Shown here piece after piece: positions 61,291-64,000 of a DNA stretch of 64,000 bases. The DNA is from Octopus sinensis. Lineage: Eukaryota. A program made the position numbers and the translations under genes. The notes beneath the pieces are model-generated. The model had not been told where the DNA came from. It ran no database searches and saw only the letters and a program-made list of their open reading frames with translations. Location of the stretch: the NCBI RefSeq assembly GCF_006345805.1, contig NC_043005.1, forward strand, positions 55,428,001 through 55,492,000, given 5' to 3'. How positions within the stretch are numbered: position 1 is the first letter of the stretch; each line of letters opens with the position of its first letter.

Positions 61291-63686
61291 ATATATATTA
61301 TATATATATATATTTGAAATGGAGAGGAGTCATGGAGAGCCATTTAAAACACATGCCTTCAATTCCACCACATGCCATTATTTTCACTTTTGTTTCTGCT
61401 TTTTTTCATGATACCATTATCTGCTGTAATGTGTCAAAAAGCTTTGTCACACATCTGCGACCTGGTCTGTGTCAGGGATCAGGTCATGAAGTCTACTCCA
61501 AAACTATTTCACACTCTGTGGTATATAATGTTATCAAGAGATATAATCAAAGTGAAAGTAATAATATATATGTAGTTATATGTGTGTGTGTGTGTGTGTG
61601 TATGTGTGTGTGTGTGTGTGTGCATGTATGTATGTATGTATGTATGCATGCATGTATGTAGGTATGTATGTATGTATGTATGTATGTATGTATGTATGTA
61701 TGTATGTATGTATGTATGATTGTATGTATGTATTTATGCATGTATGTATTTATGTATGTATGTATGTATGTATGTATGTGTGTGTGAGTGTGCATGTATG
61801 TATGTATGTACGTATGTATTTATGCATGTATGTATTTATGTATGTATGCATGTATGTATGTATGCATGTATGTATGTATTTATGTATGTATGCATGTGTG
61901 TGTGTGCATGTATGTGTAGCTTTGTTTTTGTGTCTGTTGCCAAACATCACTTGAACAGCTGCTGTTGGTGTTTTTACATCCTTGTAACTTAGCAGTTTGA
62001 TGAAAGACACTGATATAAGTATCAGACTTTGAAATATATATGTGTGTGTGTGAAGTGTGTGTTTGAGAGTGTGTGCATGTGTGTGCACATGTGTATGCAT
62101 GTGTGTGTGCTGTGTGTGTTTTGTGTGCGTATGTATGCATGTGTGTGCATGTGCATGCGTATGTGTTTGTTTATGTGTGTGTGTATGTGTGTGTATATCT
62201 ATGTGTGCGCATGTGCATCACTCTTCCTTTCATGTCCTTTCTTCTATTCATTGTCCTATACTGTGGTATATCTAACGACAACAATAAATTTTTGTTCTTT
62301 GTGACTAGAGTTTTGCATTAATCCTGTTTAACTCTCCCATCTCTTTGACAGTCATCCACTATCCTCTTCCATGTACCACGCCCCTCATGTAACAAAGGAT
62401 TGTGACTCCCCTACCCATATTAAATGTCCTGTCACTCCAATTCTCACTATTCAGTCTCTCTCACATACCATGAGACATGTGCTAAGATTTGCATTGGATC
62501 TGTTTCTTTGACATGCATTCTACCTTCATCCTTCTTGTGCTGATAATCATCAATCTCTACTCTTTCCATTCCCAGACTGGGATGTGTGTTGTGTTCTTGA
62601 GCAAGACACTTCATTTCACATTGCTCTAGTTAACTCAGCTGTAGAAATGAGCTGCAACATCACTGGTGCCAAGCTGTATCAGCCTTTGTCTTTCCCTTGG
62701 ATACCATCATTAGCGTGGAGAGGGAAGGCTGGTATGCATGGGCGACTGCTGGTCTTTCATAAATAACCTTCCCTGGACTTGTACTTTGGAGGGTAACTTT
62801 CTAGATGCAATCCCATGGTCACTCGTGACTGAAGGAGTATTTACCCTTTTACTCTTTCCAAGCTGGTTGTTGACAGTCATCCCCTACTCTTCCTACTGTT
62901 CACTTCTGTTATTTTACCCACTCTGCTTTCCTTGCACCTTAATCACTAAGTCTCTACCATTATGTTCTTGCTCTTTTCATCTACACATCCTGGTTTTTCT
63001 TCATTACCACTTATTTTCTTTTACTCAACCCTCAGTAATGTGACTATACAAGAAGGAACCCACCATAGAATAGCATGGATTCTTTATTTTGAGATACTCT
63101 GTGTTTCTCTCAATTATTTTAAATGTAACAAAGAATTTAGTAAAATAACTTAGTTACCATTAAGTTAGTGTTAGGAACATAAATTGTGACTAAAGCTTGG
63201 TGGAAGATTTTGAAAACAAGACATTTGTATTACAGAGCCAGAGTCAGTTTCAGCCAGGTTGGTAATGAAAGGGTTAAGTGAATGAGGTAACTTTACTAAT
63301 ACTGGTGCAAACATATGCACTTTGTACACATTTTAAAGTGAATGACGAAAGAGCAGGGACAAGATAGGGCCAAAAAGACTTTTTAAACTTATCAACATGA
63401 CAATCTCTCACATACGCATGCCATGATAAATGATTACTAATACACTGTGTTAAATGGTGTGTTATAGGAGGGGCATTCAGTAATTATAAACCTAATCAAA
63501 AATGACTCATATGAGCAAAATGTATTCTTCCAGTTTGTCAGGGAGGGTGGAAACTCAATAAATTTGATTCAGACTGGTGAATCATCCAACCCATGCCAGC
63601 ATGGAAAGGAAATCATTCATATAATGATGATGATGATCATATATGTACAATGATCACATTGTTGTTTTCATAGGTGAAAACATGTA

Positions 63687-64000
63687 GGCGTAGGAGTGGC
63701 TGTGTGGTAAGTAGCTTGCTTACCATCCACATGGTCCCAGGTTCAGTCCCACTGCATGGCACCTTGGGCAAGTGTCTTCTACTATAGCCTCGGCCCAACC
63801 AAAGCCTTGTGAGTGGATTTGGTAAACGGAAACTGAAAGAAGCCTGTCGTATATATATATTATATATATATATATATTAATATATATATATATGTATATA
63901 TATATATGTATGTATGTGTGTTTCTGTGTCTGTGTTTGTCCCCCCAACATCGCTTGACAACCGATGCTGGTGTGTTTATGTCCCAGTAACTTAACGGTTC
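63687..64000 (+). mobile_element. Family-A SINE running off the window end
   Basis: ggcgtaggagtggctgtgtggtaagtagcttgc...cttgacaaccgatgctgg. Confidence 0.9.

Noticed and set aside
680-63950. Numerous ORFs rich in YI, CV, HT and YLSI repeats
   Set aside because: They are translations of (TA)n, (TG)n and (TATC)n microsatellites, which lack stop codons, and show no domain signal.

Overview
This is a eukaryotic, AT-rich, repeat-saturated window (intergenic or long intron) with one 100-N assembly gap at 56169-56268. The repeat families strongly suggest a coleoid cephalopod (Octopus); this is an inference from pattern recognition, not a database result. I cannot identify any intact host gene, and almost all listed ORFs are translations of microsatellites or SINEs. 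The real coding signal comes from transposon relics: a Tx1/L1-clade LINE in a (TATC)n tract, an R4/Dong-clade LINE in (TAA)n, RTE and CR1 fragments, a Penelope GIY-YIG remnant and several Tc1/mariner relics. There is also a solo LTR with a 4-bp TSD, at least four SINE-like families and many foldback hairpins. Three observations stand out. (1) A ~2.05-kb ORF1-only (zinc-knuckle) non-LTR element sits in a SINE head with a ~16-bp TSD and carries a possible HDV-like ribozyme fold in its 3' UTR. (2) Several minimal type-I hammerhead ribozyme motifs lie in small non-coding Penelope-type modules, two of them in inverted pairs. (3) Two multimeric VNTR-like SINE arrays share a single 3' tail. All coordinates were read by eye, so element boundaries may be off by a few to tens of bases.
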